Positions 1-13,300 are shown, numbered from the stretch's first letter. The stretch: DNA of 64,000 nt from the human T2T-CHM13v2.0 reference genome, Homo sapiens (GCF_009914755.1 NC_060938.1); one strand, 5' to 3'. Notes: generated by a model from the letters alone, not told the origin. Program-made: numbers and translations.

Positions 1-89
1 TCCTCCTTCCTGGGTGAGATGGTCTCTCTCCTGCCACAGGCAACTCCGACGGCATTTTCCAGCCACCGCAGCCACCGCAGCCACTGCAG

Positions 90-700
90 TAACAAGACCC
101 TGTCCTTGACTGAGTTCCAGCCAGGCTCCTCGGAGCCTCGCCACTCGGCCTCAACCTTGGCTTGTAAAGACTTGAGCAGACACTAACAGTTTCTAACAGC
201 TTCTGGCCGTACCCCTAGGCCGACCCCTGCCCCGTCAACACCTGCCTGAGAAAGCTCCGTGCACCAGAACTCACCGTTTGGACCAACCCCGACCTCCCTT
301 TCTCAGGGTATCTGCTGAGAGGGCCGCAACCACACGACCTTCTGTCTGTTCCCGATGTCTGTGCATTTCCTGTGACCCAGGAGGGTCTTTCTCAAGACTT
401 GAGAGCCGCTCCCTGAAGTGTCCCCATTGGGAAGGATGGGGCCTGTGTCTCCAGGCTCTGGGAGGACAGAATCCTGACCTCAACAGTGGCCGGCACGGAC
501 ACAGCGGGTCCCATCCCGGGGACGCTGACCAGCGCTGGGAAACTTTTCCCTTCCCCGACGACTGAGCCCCGAGCACCCACCCTGCTCCCCCTACCACCTC
601 CCTTTACAAGGCTGTGGCCTCTGCACAGATGAAGGTGAGTCCAGGTCATGCCGGACTCTTTCTTCTGTTGCAATAGTTATTTCTGTTGAGAATCCGTCCT
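90..700 (+). mobile_element. MER67/MER31-like ERV1 LTR (degenerate)
   Basis: Starts 'taacaagaccctgtccttgac...aggctcctc...aaagacttgagcagacactaacagtttctaacagc', resembling the MER67-type LTR 5' end; paralogous copy at ~28530-29140. Confidence 0.5.
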
Positions 701-792
701 TGCTACATGACCTAGTGCCCAGGGGGATGCTGAGACAGATGAATGTATTCTGCATGTGAGAAGAACATGAATTTTGGGGGCCAGAGTCTGGA

Positions 793-1140
793 CTGTGATG
801 GGTTAAATCGTGGCCCCTACAAATTCATATATTCAAGTCTTAATTCCTGGCCTCACAATGTGACTATTTGGAGATGGGGTCTTTACAGAGGTCATTAAGT
901 TCATAGGGGGTCACTATTCTAATCCGATGTGTGTTCTTATAAGAAGAGAAGCTTAGGACACGGGCACACAGAGGTATGGCCATGTGAGGACCAGGGAGGA
1001 GACGGTGTCTACAAGCCAAGGAGAGAGGGCTTGAGAGAAACCAGCCCTGCCTGCATCCTGATCTCAGATTCCTGGTCTCTAGGCCTGGGAGGATCCATGT
1101 CTGCCGTGGGAGCCGCCCCGCTGTGGTCCTGAGCTGACTC
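793..1140 (+). mobile_element. MLT1-family MaLR LTR
   Basis: Typical MLT1 start 'tgtgatgggttaaatcgtggcccc...aatgtgactatttggagatggggtcttt...' and 'caagccaaggagagagg...gaaaccagccctgc'. Confidence 0.75.
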
Positions 1141-1547
1141 ACACAGATCTGACACCCACCTCTCGCTTCGGACCATGGTTGGTTCTGGAAGGCCCTCCCT
1201 GTGGCTCTGCCTGGCCAGCCTGAGCCAGCTCCCAGCCTCGACCCAGCTTTCCCTGGAGGCCCTGTCCCCCGCAGAGTGACCAGGGCAGGCAGCACCGTGC
1301 CCAGCAGGAGGAGAAACTGCATCCATGTAGAAAAGAGGAGAAGCCCCAGGGGTCCATGTAGTGACAGGGGCCAGGGAGGGTCGCTCGGGCAATGCGTGTG
1401 GCTGCAGGAGGCGGGGGGCGAGTGCAGGGAGCCCCCGAGGTGCAGCTGGACCAGCCTCCTCCTGACCGTGCTTCCCACCGGGGGCAGGAGGCGCGTGGAC
1501 ACAGGAAGGCGGCTCCCATCACGAAGTACAAGACTTAAAAAGGATAT

Positions 1548-1553
1548 TTTATT
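1548..1553 (-). terminator. IGHG1: Poly(A) signal of membrane IgG1 mRNA
   Basis: TTTATT (AATAAA on minus) in an AT-rich island ~1.4 kb past the M2 stop; conserved at 29989-29994. Confidence 0.75.
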
Positions 1554-2139
1554 GTCATCACAAAAGAAACATCAAAGACAATTAATGAGCTTTAGAAAAT
1601 TTAAAAGAAGAAGAAAAGCTACCAAAGCTGAAATGGTGGCACCTCCTTCGAGTGAGCCCGGGAGTCCTCCCTGACGGCCGAGGCAGGCTCTGGCCGCACT
1701 CCCGCTCGAGTCTCCCTTCCTGTCTGCAGATTCTGCGTGACAGTCACGGAACGGCGTGATGGGGGCAGCAGAGCGTGGGGGCCTCTGTCCAGCACTCGTG
1801 GCCAGCAGCCCCGCTTTCGCAAGAACACGGGCACCCTCTTTGTCGTCTTGCCTCTCCACCTGGTGCCCCCAGAGTGGCTGCTTGTTCCTGCTGCACGTGA
1901 CCCGGGACTGGACGCCAGCCTCTGTGATGAGTTCTGGCTGTGTCCACGCTCCTGGCTCTCCCGGTGTCCCTCCACCTCTCTCCCCGATGCTCCTGGGCCT
2001 CCTCTGTCCTCAGGCCCCACCAAGGCTGAGTCTTGCCCGCCTGGGACCTGGTCACCAGCCTTCTGTGGGAGGCCTGTCTGGGCAGATGCCCAGCCCTTCC
2101 TTGGGCTATCCTCACCCTTGCACTGTGGGGCTCCTGCAG

Positions 2140-2204
2140 CGGCCACATGGCCCAGGCTCTTCTCCGAGTGATCTCGGTGGACTGGAGTGGGTGGGAGGTG
2201 GCAG
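2140..2204 (+). ncRNA. miR-8071-like hairpin antisense to the IGHG1 membrane 3'UTR
   Basis: CGGTGGACTGGAGTGGGTGG at 2175-2194 matches my recollection of mature hsa-miR-8071; stem CCGAG-tgat-CTCGG is visible. Confidence 0.5.
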
Positions 2205-2945
2205 TGTCCTGGGCCTGGCCCCTTCTCTCCCCAGTGCGGACTCTGGGGCTGGCTGTCCCTGCGGGTCGAGTTCCACCCGAGAATCCAGCAGTGTGGGCAG
2301 GCAGCCAAGGGGTGGTGCTGGCACCGAGACTGTTCCCAGGAGCCAGAGAGCAGCGTTCTTTGCTTGAAATCAGAACAACGTCATTCCTCATGTCAGGAGT
2401 TCACGGGAGTGCCCGGAATGGAGGCTGGCTGGCTGCGGGCTGGGAGGAAGGCCGTCTGAGTGAGCCTTCGCAGCTCTCGGAAGCCTCCCCAACAGGGCCT
2501 GATGGTGCTGTGGCTTCCCTACCTTGGCGGCTGATGCTCCCACTCACCATCTGGAAACCACGCCTGTGTTCAGGAGGCTGGCGTGGACGGGGTTGGCTCC
2601 AGGGCCAGCTCCTGCCTGGGTGGGGGCCTGGGATACCGGTCACTGCCTCCTTTTGTGTGAGCACCTTGTGGTCCGGAGGGCAAGGACGTCCTGCTGAGGG
2701 GACACCTGGCCCCCAGTGCCCTGCATGCACCAAGCAGCGGAGGTCTGGGGTAGACCTGCTATGCACAGGGTCTGGAAGGGGGGCGTGTCAGGTGTGTCAG
2801 GGTCAGAGGGCAACTGCGAGGCCAGAGAGCCATGGGGTTGAGGGCGGTGAGGTCGGGGGCAGGTGTGGCCTGGGTGGTGGCTGAGCATGGCCCATGGCTG
2901 GTGTGTGGGGTCTGGGCGGCCCTGGACACCCCGCAGAGGGTGGCC

Positions 2946-3029
2946 CTAGGCCCCCTGTCCGATCATGTTCCTGTAGTCGGGGATGATGGTCTGCTTCAGG
3001 TCCACCACCGAGGAGAAGATCCACTTCAC
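2946..3029 (-). CDS. IGHG1: IgG1 membrane exon M2 (cytoplasmic tail)
   Basis: Acceptor cctacag|GTGAAG; encodes [27 protein letters not shown] with the ITT motif DYRNM. Confidence 0.97.
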   Translation of the reverse strand: MKWIFSSVVDLKQTIIPDYRNMIGQGA

Positions 3030-3284
3030 CTGTAGGCAAGGCACAGCACAGGGGTGAGCGAGGCCACAGCCCTGCCCCCGAGCCCCACCCACCCCTCAGG
3101 GCACTGAGGCCACCTCTCTGCCCCCAAGGCCCACCCACCTGTCAGTCCACGCAGGCCACAGCCCTGCCCCTGAGGCCCATCCGGCCCCTCATGCCACCCA
3201 GGTGCCATGGCCTCACCACTGCCTGCTCTGAGGCTTGGTGATAGAGAGCAGAGCCAGGGCACCAACAGCATGTGGACAGCACAG

Positions 3285-5232
3285 AAGACAGCGTCAGGGA
3301 CAGGTGGGGACAGCGTGGGGGACAGTGTCAGACACAGGTGAGGACAGTGTGGGGGACAGTGTCAGGGACAGGTGGAGACAGAGTGTGGAAGAGTGTTGGG
3401 GACAGTTGAGGACAGCATGGAGGAGAGTGTTGGGGAGAGATGGGGACAGTGTCAGGGAGAGGTGGGGACTGTGTGGAGGACAGCATCAGGGACAGGTGGG
3501 GACAGCATGGGGGACAGTGGTGCATACAGGAGGGGACGGTGTGGGGGACAGTGTCAGGGATTATAGGGGACAGAGTGGGAGACAGTGTCAGGGACCGGTG
3601 GAGACCATGTGGGGGACAGGTGGGGACAGCATGGGGGACAGTGTCAGGGATAGGAGGGGACAGGAAACAGTGGGGACATTGTCAGGGACAGGGGAGATAG
3701 CATGGGGGACAGTGTTGGGGACATGGGGGACAGCATGGAGGACAGTGTTGGGGACTGGTGGGGACAGCATGGGGGACAGTGTAGGAGACAGGTTGGGACA
3801 GGATGGAGGATAGTGTTGGGGACAGGTGGGGACAGTGTGGGGGACAGTGTCAGGGACAGGAGGGGAGATCGTGGAGAACAGTGTCCGGGACAGGTGGGGA
3901 CAGCATGGGGGACAGTATCAGGGACAGGTGGGGAGAGTGTGGGGGACAGTGTTGGACTGGTAGGTACAGCCCGGGGGACAGCATCGGGGACAGGTGGGGA
4001 CTGCATGGGGGACAATATCAGGGACAGGTGGGGACATGGAGGAGAGTGTTGGGGACAGGTGGGGACAGCATGGGGGACTGTGTTGAGGACAGGTGGGGAC
4101 AGCTTGGGGGACAGTGGTGCATACGGGAGGGGACGGCGTGGGGGACAGTGTCAGGGATTATAGGGGACAGAGTGGGAGACAGTGTCAGGGACAGGTGGGG
4201 ACAGCATGGCGGACAGTGTCAGGGATAGGAGGGAACAGGAGGAAACAGTGGGGACATTGTCGGGGACAGGGGGGATAGCGTGGGGGACAGTGTTGGGGAC
4301 AGGTGGGGACAGTGTGGAGGAAAGTTTTGGGGACTGGTGGGGACAGCATGGGGGACAGTGTAGGGGACAGGTGGGGACAGGAGGGGACAGCATGGAGGAT
4401 AGTGTTGGGGACAGGTGGGGACAGTGTGGGGGACAGTGTCGGGGACAGGAGGGGACAGCGTGGGGGACAGTGTCAGGGACAGGTGGGGACAGCATGGGGG
4501 ACAGTGTTGTACTGGTAGGTACAGCCTGGGGGACAGCATTGGGGACAGGTGGAGACTGCATGGGGGACAATATCAGGGACAGGTGGGGACAGCATGGAGG
4601 AGAGTGTTGGGGACAGGTGGGGACAGCATGGGGGACAGTGTTGAGGACAGGTGGGGACAACGTGGGGTACAGTGTCGGAGATGGGTGGGGACAGCATGGA
4701 GGAAAGTGTCGGGTTTAGGTAAGAACAACGTGGAGGAGAGTGTCGGGGACAGGTGGGGACAGTGTGGGGGATATTGTCACGGACAGGTGGGGACAGCATG
4801 TGGGACAGGGTTTCATACAGGAGGGGACAGCATGGGGGACAGTGCCAGGTACTGTAGGGGACAGCGTGGGGGACAGGGCCAGGAACTATAGGGGACAGAG
4901 TGGGGGATGGTGTCAGGGACAGGTGGGGAAAGCATGGGGGACAGTGTCAGGGACAGGTGGAAACTGTGGGGGACAGTGTTGGGGACAAAGGGGGACAGGG
5001 TGGGGGACAGTGTTGGGGACAGATGGGGACAGCATGGGGGACAGTGTCGGGGACATGTGGGGAGAGCCTGGGGGACACTGTTGGACAGGTGGGGGCAGCA
5101 TTGGGGACAATGTCAGGGACAGTTTGTGAGAGCATGGGGGACAGCGTCAGGGACAGGTGGGGACAGCCTGTGGGACAGTGTCAGAGACAGTTTGTGACAG
5201 CATGGGGGACAATGTCAAGGACAGCTGGGGAC
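3285..5232 (+). repeat. G-rich ~34-bp minisatellite in the IGHG1 M1-M2 intron
   Basis: Consensus ~GGGGACAGCATGGGGGACAGTGTCAGGGACAGGT, built from GGGACAG subunits, over ~1.95 kb. Confidence 0.93.
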
Positions 5233-5246
5233 AACGTGCGGCCGAC

Positions 5247-5377
5247 CTTGAAGAAGGTGACGGTGGCACTGTAGCACACGCTTAACAGGAAGAGTGTGAT
5301 GAAGATGGTGATGGTCGTCCACAGCCCGTCCAGCTCCCCGTCCTGCGCCTCCGCACAGCTCTCCTCCAGTTGCAGCT
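5247..5377 (-). CDS. IGHG1: IgG1 membrane exon M1 (spacer and transmembrane segment)
   Basis: 131 nt, tccag|AGCTGCAA...TTCAAG|gtcggc; encodes (E)[43 protein letters not shown]. Confidence 0.97.
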
Positions 5378-6564
5378 CTGGACAGGAAGGGGGTGGTCAG
5401 TGCTGTGTCCCCCTGGGCTTGGGCCTCTGGGGGTGATTCCCTCTGTGGCGGGGCCCAGGATGTAGGGCCCGGCCGGGATGGGCCAACAATGTCCTGAGGT
5501 CAGCTCCCCACAGCTGCCCGCCCTGGGCACCAGCTTTGGCCCCGGGACTCAGCCAGACACCCGGCCCTAGATAGCGACCTGGCCCTCAGCAGGACCCGCT
5601 CCCCGTCTCCCGTGTCCCTCCCTGAGGCCCAGAGGGCAGGAGGATGGTGAAGCCCACACCTCATGTGACCCCAGCTGCAGGGAAGGGCTGTATTGGGAAG
5701 TGGGCCAGTGCCAGGGACGCGACGTGGCGTGTGTTCCCCTGCGTGTGGGGGCCTGTGTGTGTGTGGCGGCTGCAGGGGCACCTTGTGAGAGGAGGGCTGG
5801 GTTTGTCTGAGCAGGTCAGCATGTGGAGAAGCTGCCGAGCGGCTCGTGGGCCTTGAGGTGCCGCGTGGGGCTCGTGGGGGCCTGTGTCCGAGGAGTGTTC
5901 ACGTGTGCGAGGACCTTGCTCTGGTCTGGGTGCTGTGCGGTTCGCCCGGGTGAGGCTCCGTGTGTGAGGCGTGCACGTGTGTGTGTGGTGGCCGTGTGGC
6001 CGGCCAACCTCAGTGCGGGGTTTGTTGAACGGGTCTGGGCTGAGTGTGTGTGTGGGCATCTGCACCAGTCCCTCCACAGGGCCCGAGAGTGCATGTCCCC
6101 GGAGTCGGTTGTGTCCCCATGCGGGTGCGAGGCTGGGCAGGGCTGCCAGGGGTTAGTGCCGTGGGGGTAGATGGGTGAGGGAGGGCCTGTCCCTACGCGC
6201 ATGGACTAGGCATGCCCCCGAGTGGGCATCGGGGTCGGAGGACAGGGCGCTCACAGGACAGGACAGTCTCCTACAGAGGCAGGGGCTGTGTGTCTGTCCC
6301 CAGGGGCTCCTAGGGCTTCTCGTGGCCCAGCCCAGGGCAGCTGCTGCTGGAGGGAGGGCCACGCTGGCAAATCCCCCACCCTGCCGAGGGCAGCCCCTGG
6401 CTGAGCCCCACCCTAGGCGGCCCAGGCACACCTGCACAGCCTGGGCCAGTGTGGGGACAGTGGGACCCGCTCTGCCTCCCTCATGCCACTCAGGCCTCAG
6501 ACTCGGCCTGACCCGTGGAAAGAACCATCACAGTCTCGCAGGGGCCCAGGGCAGTGGTGGGTGC

Positions 6565-6570
6565 TTTATT
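6565..6570 (-). terminator. IGHG1: Poly(A) signal of secreted IgG1 mRNA
   Basis: AATAAA on minus ~100 nt after the CH3-S stop codon. Confidence 0.9.
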
Positions 6571-6670
6571 TCCATGCTGGGTGCCTGGGAAGTATGTAGA
6601 CGGGGTACGTGCCAAGCATCCTCGTGCGACCGCGAGAGCCCGGGGAGCGGGGGCTTGCCGGCCGTCGCAC

Positions 6671-7481
<811 letters not shown>

Positions 7482-7538
7482 CTACTCTAGGGCACCTGTC
7501 CCGCCTTGAGCTGGAGGGCGAGGCCTGGGCTGGCTTAC

Positions 7539-7583
7539 CTGGGCACGGTGGGCATGTGTGAGTTTTGTCACAAGATTTGGGCT
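7539..7583 (-). CDS. IGHG1: IgG1 hinge exon
   Basis: 45 nt; (E)PKSCDKTHTCPPCP, diagnostic of IgG1. Confidence 0.99.
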
Positions 7584-7759
7584 CTGCAGAGAGAAGATTG
7601 GGAGTTACTGGAATCTGGGAGGAGAGAAGGTGTCCGAGCTGAGGGAGTGGAGAGTTTGGCCTTTGGGGTGGGCTTAGGTCAGGGGCAGGGTCCTCCCGGA
7701 TATGGCTCTTGGCAGGTCTGAGCCCAGCACCTGCCCCTTTGTGTGCAGGGCCTGGGTTA

Positions 7760-8359
<600 letters not shown>

Positions 8360-9110
8360 TCAGCGTCCAGTGTCTGGGCTCATGGGCATTGGGTGTGCAC
8401 CTGGCTGGCGCCACCTGCCTCACCTTAGCCCCCTCCCTGCCCCAAAGCCAAGGTCAGGCCTGGCCTGCCCCAGAAAGCTTGCAGGACCGGTGGCCCTGTG
8501 GTGCCCTTCTGCAGGCACCCCTGCAGCCTAGGAGGCGGGGCTCGGCAGCCAGGTCAGCGCTCTGTGCCTGCCGGGAGTCAGCACAGTCCAGTGTCTCTAG
8601 CTTGGCCTCAGCTCTGGCCATCGGTGCCACCTCAGGGACGGCTCATGCCCATTGGCCCCACTCCAGCCTTTTATGGGTGCCTGGCTTGACCAGTGGACAC
8701 TGTTCTCAGATGGCTTCTGGTGGGTCCCCCGAGCCCCCTGAAGCCCCTGACCCTGCCGCTCCAGCATGGCCCTCCCCTAGTGAGTGGGCCTGACTTGCCC
8801 AGGGCCCTGGTCATAGCCTGCCCTCTGCCCTCCAAGGCCCTTTTCTTCTGTGCAGCAGAGGGGCCAGACACTGCATAGGGTCGGCGCCCTTCAGCCCCAG
8901 GGCCCCGGAACCCCCTGCCTTGGAATATCGCCCCGGGAGCCTCCTCCTCAGCCTCTCCCCTCCTTTCCCCTTAGCCCCAGTGTGCAGCAGCCCAGGTCAG
9001 GGCCCTGAGTGCCTGGATGCCCCCTGCCTCCCAGTGTCCTGCATTACTTCTGGAGGCTCAGTCACCACAACCTCACCCTCCCAGCCCTGGCCTGGCCTTC
9101 TCGGCCACCA

Positions 9111-9767
9111 GCCCACCTCCTCCCTCTCTCCAGAGCTTCCCCCGGCAAGGTCCCTGCTGGGCTCAACCCAGGCCCCCCAGCACAGGTAGGAGCCTTGCAC
9201 CTGCCCTTGGCCCTCCCCACCCTGCATGGTGCCAGGACCCCCAGGCCACAGGGAGGCCCCATTTCTCTCTGCCGCTGGCCCAGTGGCCCTGGAGTCCCAC
9301 TGCAGGTGGGGTGTGCCCCTGACCTCTGAGGAGGCTAAGTGCCCTGCCCTCAGCCAGGCCATCCCCTCTGCTCAGCCCCAGGGCCCCGCTCACCACCCCT
9401 TCCCCTCACCTGCACCACAGGCTCTGGCTGACTCTGCCCAGGCCCTGAATGGGCCCCTCTGGCTGCCCTCTGCTGCTACACTGTCCTGCACCACCTCCAC
9501 TCAGCTTCATTGTGCTGGTGGCCCTGGCTCCTGGCAGCCCATCTTGCTCCTTCTGGGGCACCAGCCTCAGAGGCCTTCCTGCCCAGGGTCCGCTGGGACC
9601 AGCCGTGGGACCCTCCTGGTCTCAAGCACACGTTCCCCCTGCAGCCACACCTGCCCCTGCCTGAGAGCCCAGCCCCGAGCCCTGGAACGCCTTCCCTTCT
9701 CCATCCCAGCTCGCCCTTGCCAACTGCTCAGTGGGATGGACTCACACTCCCTTCCCGGCACCAGGAG
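9111..9767 (+). repeat. Inverted repeat arm A (C-gamma side of S-gamma1)
   Basis: Reverse complement of 13790-14495; ORFs 9226+ and 13818- give near-identical translations on opposite strands. Confidence 0.9.
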
Positions 9768-9839
9768 GCTGCACTGCACTTTCACCAGCCCTCAGCTGTC
9801 TGTTGCCAGCAACTACCCAGCTCCTGCCAAAGTCTAGGA

Positions 9840-12150
9840 GCTGAGTGATGCCTCCCACCAGCCCTGCTCACCTGTGGCTGCCTTGCCCTGAGCTCTAGTG
9901 CCTGTCCCCTGCTCATCCTGCCTCCCACCGGCCCTGCTCACCTGCGGCTGCTCTGCCCTGGTCCCCTGAGCTCCAGTGCCTGCCCCCTGCTCCTCCTGCC
10001 CCCCACCTGCCCCTGCTCACCTGCGGCTGCTCTGCCCTGGTCCCCTGAGCTCCAGTGCCTGCCCCCTGCTCCTCCTGCCCCCCACCTGCCCCTGCTCACC
10101 TGGGGCTGCTCTGCCCTGGTCCCCTGAGCTCCAGTGCCTGCCCCCTGCTCCTCCTGCCCCCCACCTGCCCCTGCTCACCTGCGGCTGCTCTGCCCTGGTC
10201 CCCTGAGCTCCAGTGCCTGCCCCCTGCTCCTCCTGCCCCCCACCTGCCCCTGCTCACCTGCGGCTGCTCTGCCCTGGTCCCCTGAGCTCCAGTGCCTGCC
10301 CCCTGCTCCTCCTGCCCCCCACCTGCCCCTGCTCACCTGCGGCTGCTCTGCCCTGGTCCCCTGAGCTCCAGTGCCTGACCCCTGCTCCTCCTGCCCCCCA
10401 CCTGCACCTGCTCACCTGCGGCTGCTCTGCCCTGGTCCCCTGAGCTCCAGGAGCTGCCCCCTGCTCCTCCTGCCCCCCACCTGCCCCTGTTCACCTGCGA
10501 CTGCTCTGCCCTGGTCCCCTGAGCTCCAGGAGCTGCCCCTTGCTACTCCTGCCCCCCACCTGCCCCTGTTCACCTGCGACTGCTCTGCCCTGGTCCCCTG
10601 AGCTCCAGGAGCTGCCCCTTGCTCCTCCTGCCCCCCACCTGCCCCTGCTCACCTGCGGCTGCTCTGCCCTGGTCCCCTGAGCTCCAGTGCCTGCCCCCTG
10701 CTCCTCCTGCACCCCACCTGCCCCTGCTCATCTGCGGCTGCTCTGCCCTGATCCCCTGAGCTCCAGGAGCTGCCCCCTGCTCCTCCTGCCCCCCACCTGC
10801 ACCTGCTCACCTGCGGCTGCTCTGCCCTGGTCCCCTGAGCTCCAGGAGCTGCCCCTTGCTCCTCCTGCCCCTGTTCACCTGCGACTGCTCTGCCCTGGTC
10901 CCCTGAGCTCCAGGAGCTGCTCCTTGCTCCTCCTGCCCCCCACCTGCCCCTGTTCACCTGCGACTGCTCTGCCCTGGTCCCCTGAGCTCCAGGAGCTGCC
11001 CCTTGCTCCTCCTGCTTCCCACCAGCCCCTGCTCACCTGCGGATGATCTTCCCTGGCTCTCTGAGCTCCAGGGGCTGCCCACCTGCTCCTCCTGCTTCCC
11101 ACCGGCCCTGCTCACCTGCAGCTGCTCTGCCCTGGCTCCCTGAGGCTGAGCCTCAGTCCTGCTCACCTTCTGATGCTCTCCCCTTGTCCCCTGAGCTCCA
11201 GGGGCTGACCCCTGATCTTTCTGCTTCCTACCTGCCCCTGCTCACCTGTGGCTGCTCTGCCCTGATCCCCTGAGCTCCAGGAGCTGCCTCCTGCTCTTCC
11301 TGCCTCCCACCTGCCCCTGCTCACCTGCAGATCTGCCCTGGCTCTCTGAGGTCCAGGGGCTGCCCCCTGCTCGCCCACCTCCCACCAGCCATGCTGACGT
11401 TGTGATGCTCTGCCCTGGTCTCCTGAGGTCCAGGGGCTGTCCCCTGCTTATTCTGCCTCCCACCTGCCCCTTCTCACCTGAGGCTCTTCTGCCCTGGTGC
11501 TCTGAGCTCCAAAAGCTGCCCACTTGCTCCTCCTGCTTCCTACCAGCCCCTGCTCTCCTGTGGATGATCTGCCCTGGCTCTCTGAGCTCCAGGGGCTGCC
11601 CACCTGCTCCCCATGCTTCCCACCTGCCCCTGCTGACCTGCGGCTGCTCTGCCTTGGCTCCCTGAGCTCCAGGAGCTTCCCCCTGCTCATCCTGCCCCCC
11701 ACTGGCCCCTGTTCACCTTCAGATGCCCTCCCTGGTCCCCTGAAGTCCAGGAGCTGCCCCCTGTTCCTCCCGCCTCCCACCAGCCCGTGCTCACCTGCGG
11801 CTGCTCTGCCCTGGTCCCCTGAGTTCCAGGGGCTGCCCCCTGCTCGCCCACCTCCCACTAGCCATGCTCACCTCCTGATGCTCTGTCCTGGTCCCCTGAG
11901 CTCCAGGGGCTGCCCCCTGCTTGCCCATCTCCCACTAGCCATGCTCACCTTCTGATGCTCTGCCCTGGTCCCCTGAGCTCCAGGGTCTTCCCCCTGCTCA
12001 TCCTGCCGCCCACCAGCCCCTGCTCACCTGAGGCTGCTCTGCCCTGGTCCCCTGAGCTCCAGGAGGTGCCCCCTGCTCCTTCTGCCCCCACCTGCCCTGC
12101 TCACCTGTGGCTGCTTGGTCCTGGTCCCTGAGCTCCAATGCCTGCTCCCT
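9840..12150 (-). repeat. Switch region S-gamma1 (79-bp tandem repeat)
   Basis: Unit ccctgctcacctgcggctgctctgccctggtcccctgagctccag...; ORF starts exactly 79 bp apart (9976, 10055, 10134, 10213); G-rich non-template strand; many AGCT AID hotspots. Confidence 0.97.
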
Positions 12151-12761
12151 GCTCACTCTGCCCTCCCTCAACCCGGGCAGCAATGTCACTCAGGTCACTG
12201 TTGCCCCCCTGCCTGTCCTGGCACCCTCTGTCCAGGTTTGGGCTGTTTTTCTGCCCTCATTTTTGATTTTGCAGCACTTGGCGTGTTCCCTATGCTGTGG
12301 AGCAGCCCCAGTGTCCAGTCAGGTCTCCCCAACAGAGCCCCTTGCCCTTGCCCATGTGCCCCTCCTGAATGAGCTCCCGGATCCTCCTGTCCCTGCACTG
12401 CTCCTGCTCTGGAAGCCTCTCTGGAACCTCAGCTCCTCAGTGGCCTCTGCTCTGCTGGGTCAGTTCCCTGAACGCACGGAGCCTCAGCCCTTCCCCTCGC
12501 CCCAGGCCTGCTGCACTCTGGGCCTTTCTGGGCCTCCCTGGACTCTTCCCTTCTCCCGCCCGTGCACTCAGCACAGCTCTCCCCTCCTCTCCACTGCTGA
12601 CCACAGCCCTGCTCCCCGCCAGCAGGTGCCCCAACCCCATCAGCTGGCTCTGAGCCCAGCCCCTGTGCCTCCCCTGTCCCTGCCTCTGCCTCTGGGCTCC
12701 TTGGCTTCCACCCTCCTGTCCTGCTGCCACACTCACCCTCCCTGCTCTGCTCCCGGCTCAC

Positions 12762-13300
12762 CTGCTGTCCTTGGTCCTGGCTGAGAGGAGGGCCCCACGG
12801 CCAGCACTGCTGACCCTGCCCTGGGCTCCGGTGATGCTGCCGGCCTGGACAAGCCCCTCCGTTCACCTGGGGCCTCTCCTCCTCCCTCGCTCTGCTGCCT
12901 CCTGAGCTCAGGTCGGTCGTGCCCATCCTGGCATCACCCCACGGCCGGCTCTGCCGCATCCAGTCATGTTCCTCGTGCTCCCAGCCCGGTCGTCCTGGAG
13001 GCCTCAGTCAGCCTCTGGTGTGTCCTGCCCTGTTGGCTTGGAAGCCCCTGCCCACGGTCCCCGTCGTCTCGCACTGGGTGGGCATCGGTGCCTGAAGGCT
13101 GCCCACCTCCCCCGTGCTGGCTCCGCTTGGGCCTCCATGTGGGGCCGGCCTCGACCCCATGTCTCCCCAGCCTCTTGGAGCCTGTTCAGCATCTCAGGTC
13201 CAGGAGCGCCCACGGCTGCCCCCAGGCTCTGTCCTCCTCCCGAGCCTGTGCCCCTGCCCTGTGCTGACCCCACTCACCGAGGTGGGGGTCTCAGCCCTTC
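12762..13300 (-). ncRNA. I-gamma1 germline (sterile) transcript exon
   Basis: Contains GGGCTTCCAAGCCAACAGGGCAGGACA (13021-13047, minus), which I recognise as I-gamma sequence; strong donor CAG|GTGAGC at 12762; 5' end approximate. Confidence 0.75.

Noticed and set aside
271-2884. ORFs conserved between the two gamma units (e.g. 864-1502, 1619-2308 and paralogs)
   Set aside because: Conservation reflects the recent segmental duplication in all frames. They overlap LTRs and the 3'UTR and show no coding bias.
3235-5274. Many GTGGDS-type repetitive ORFs (also 31578-33300)
   Set aside because: Artefacts of the intronic 34-bp minisatellite.
9930-12150. CRISPR-like regular repeat
   Set aside because: Contiguous 79-bp tandem units without unique spacers, in a human Ig context; this is the switch region.
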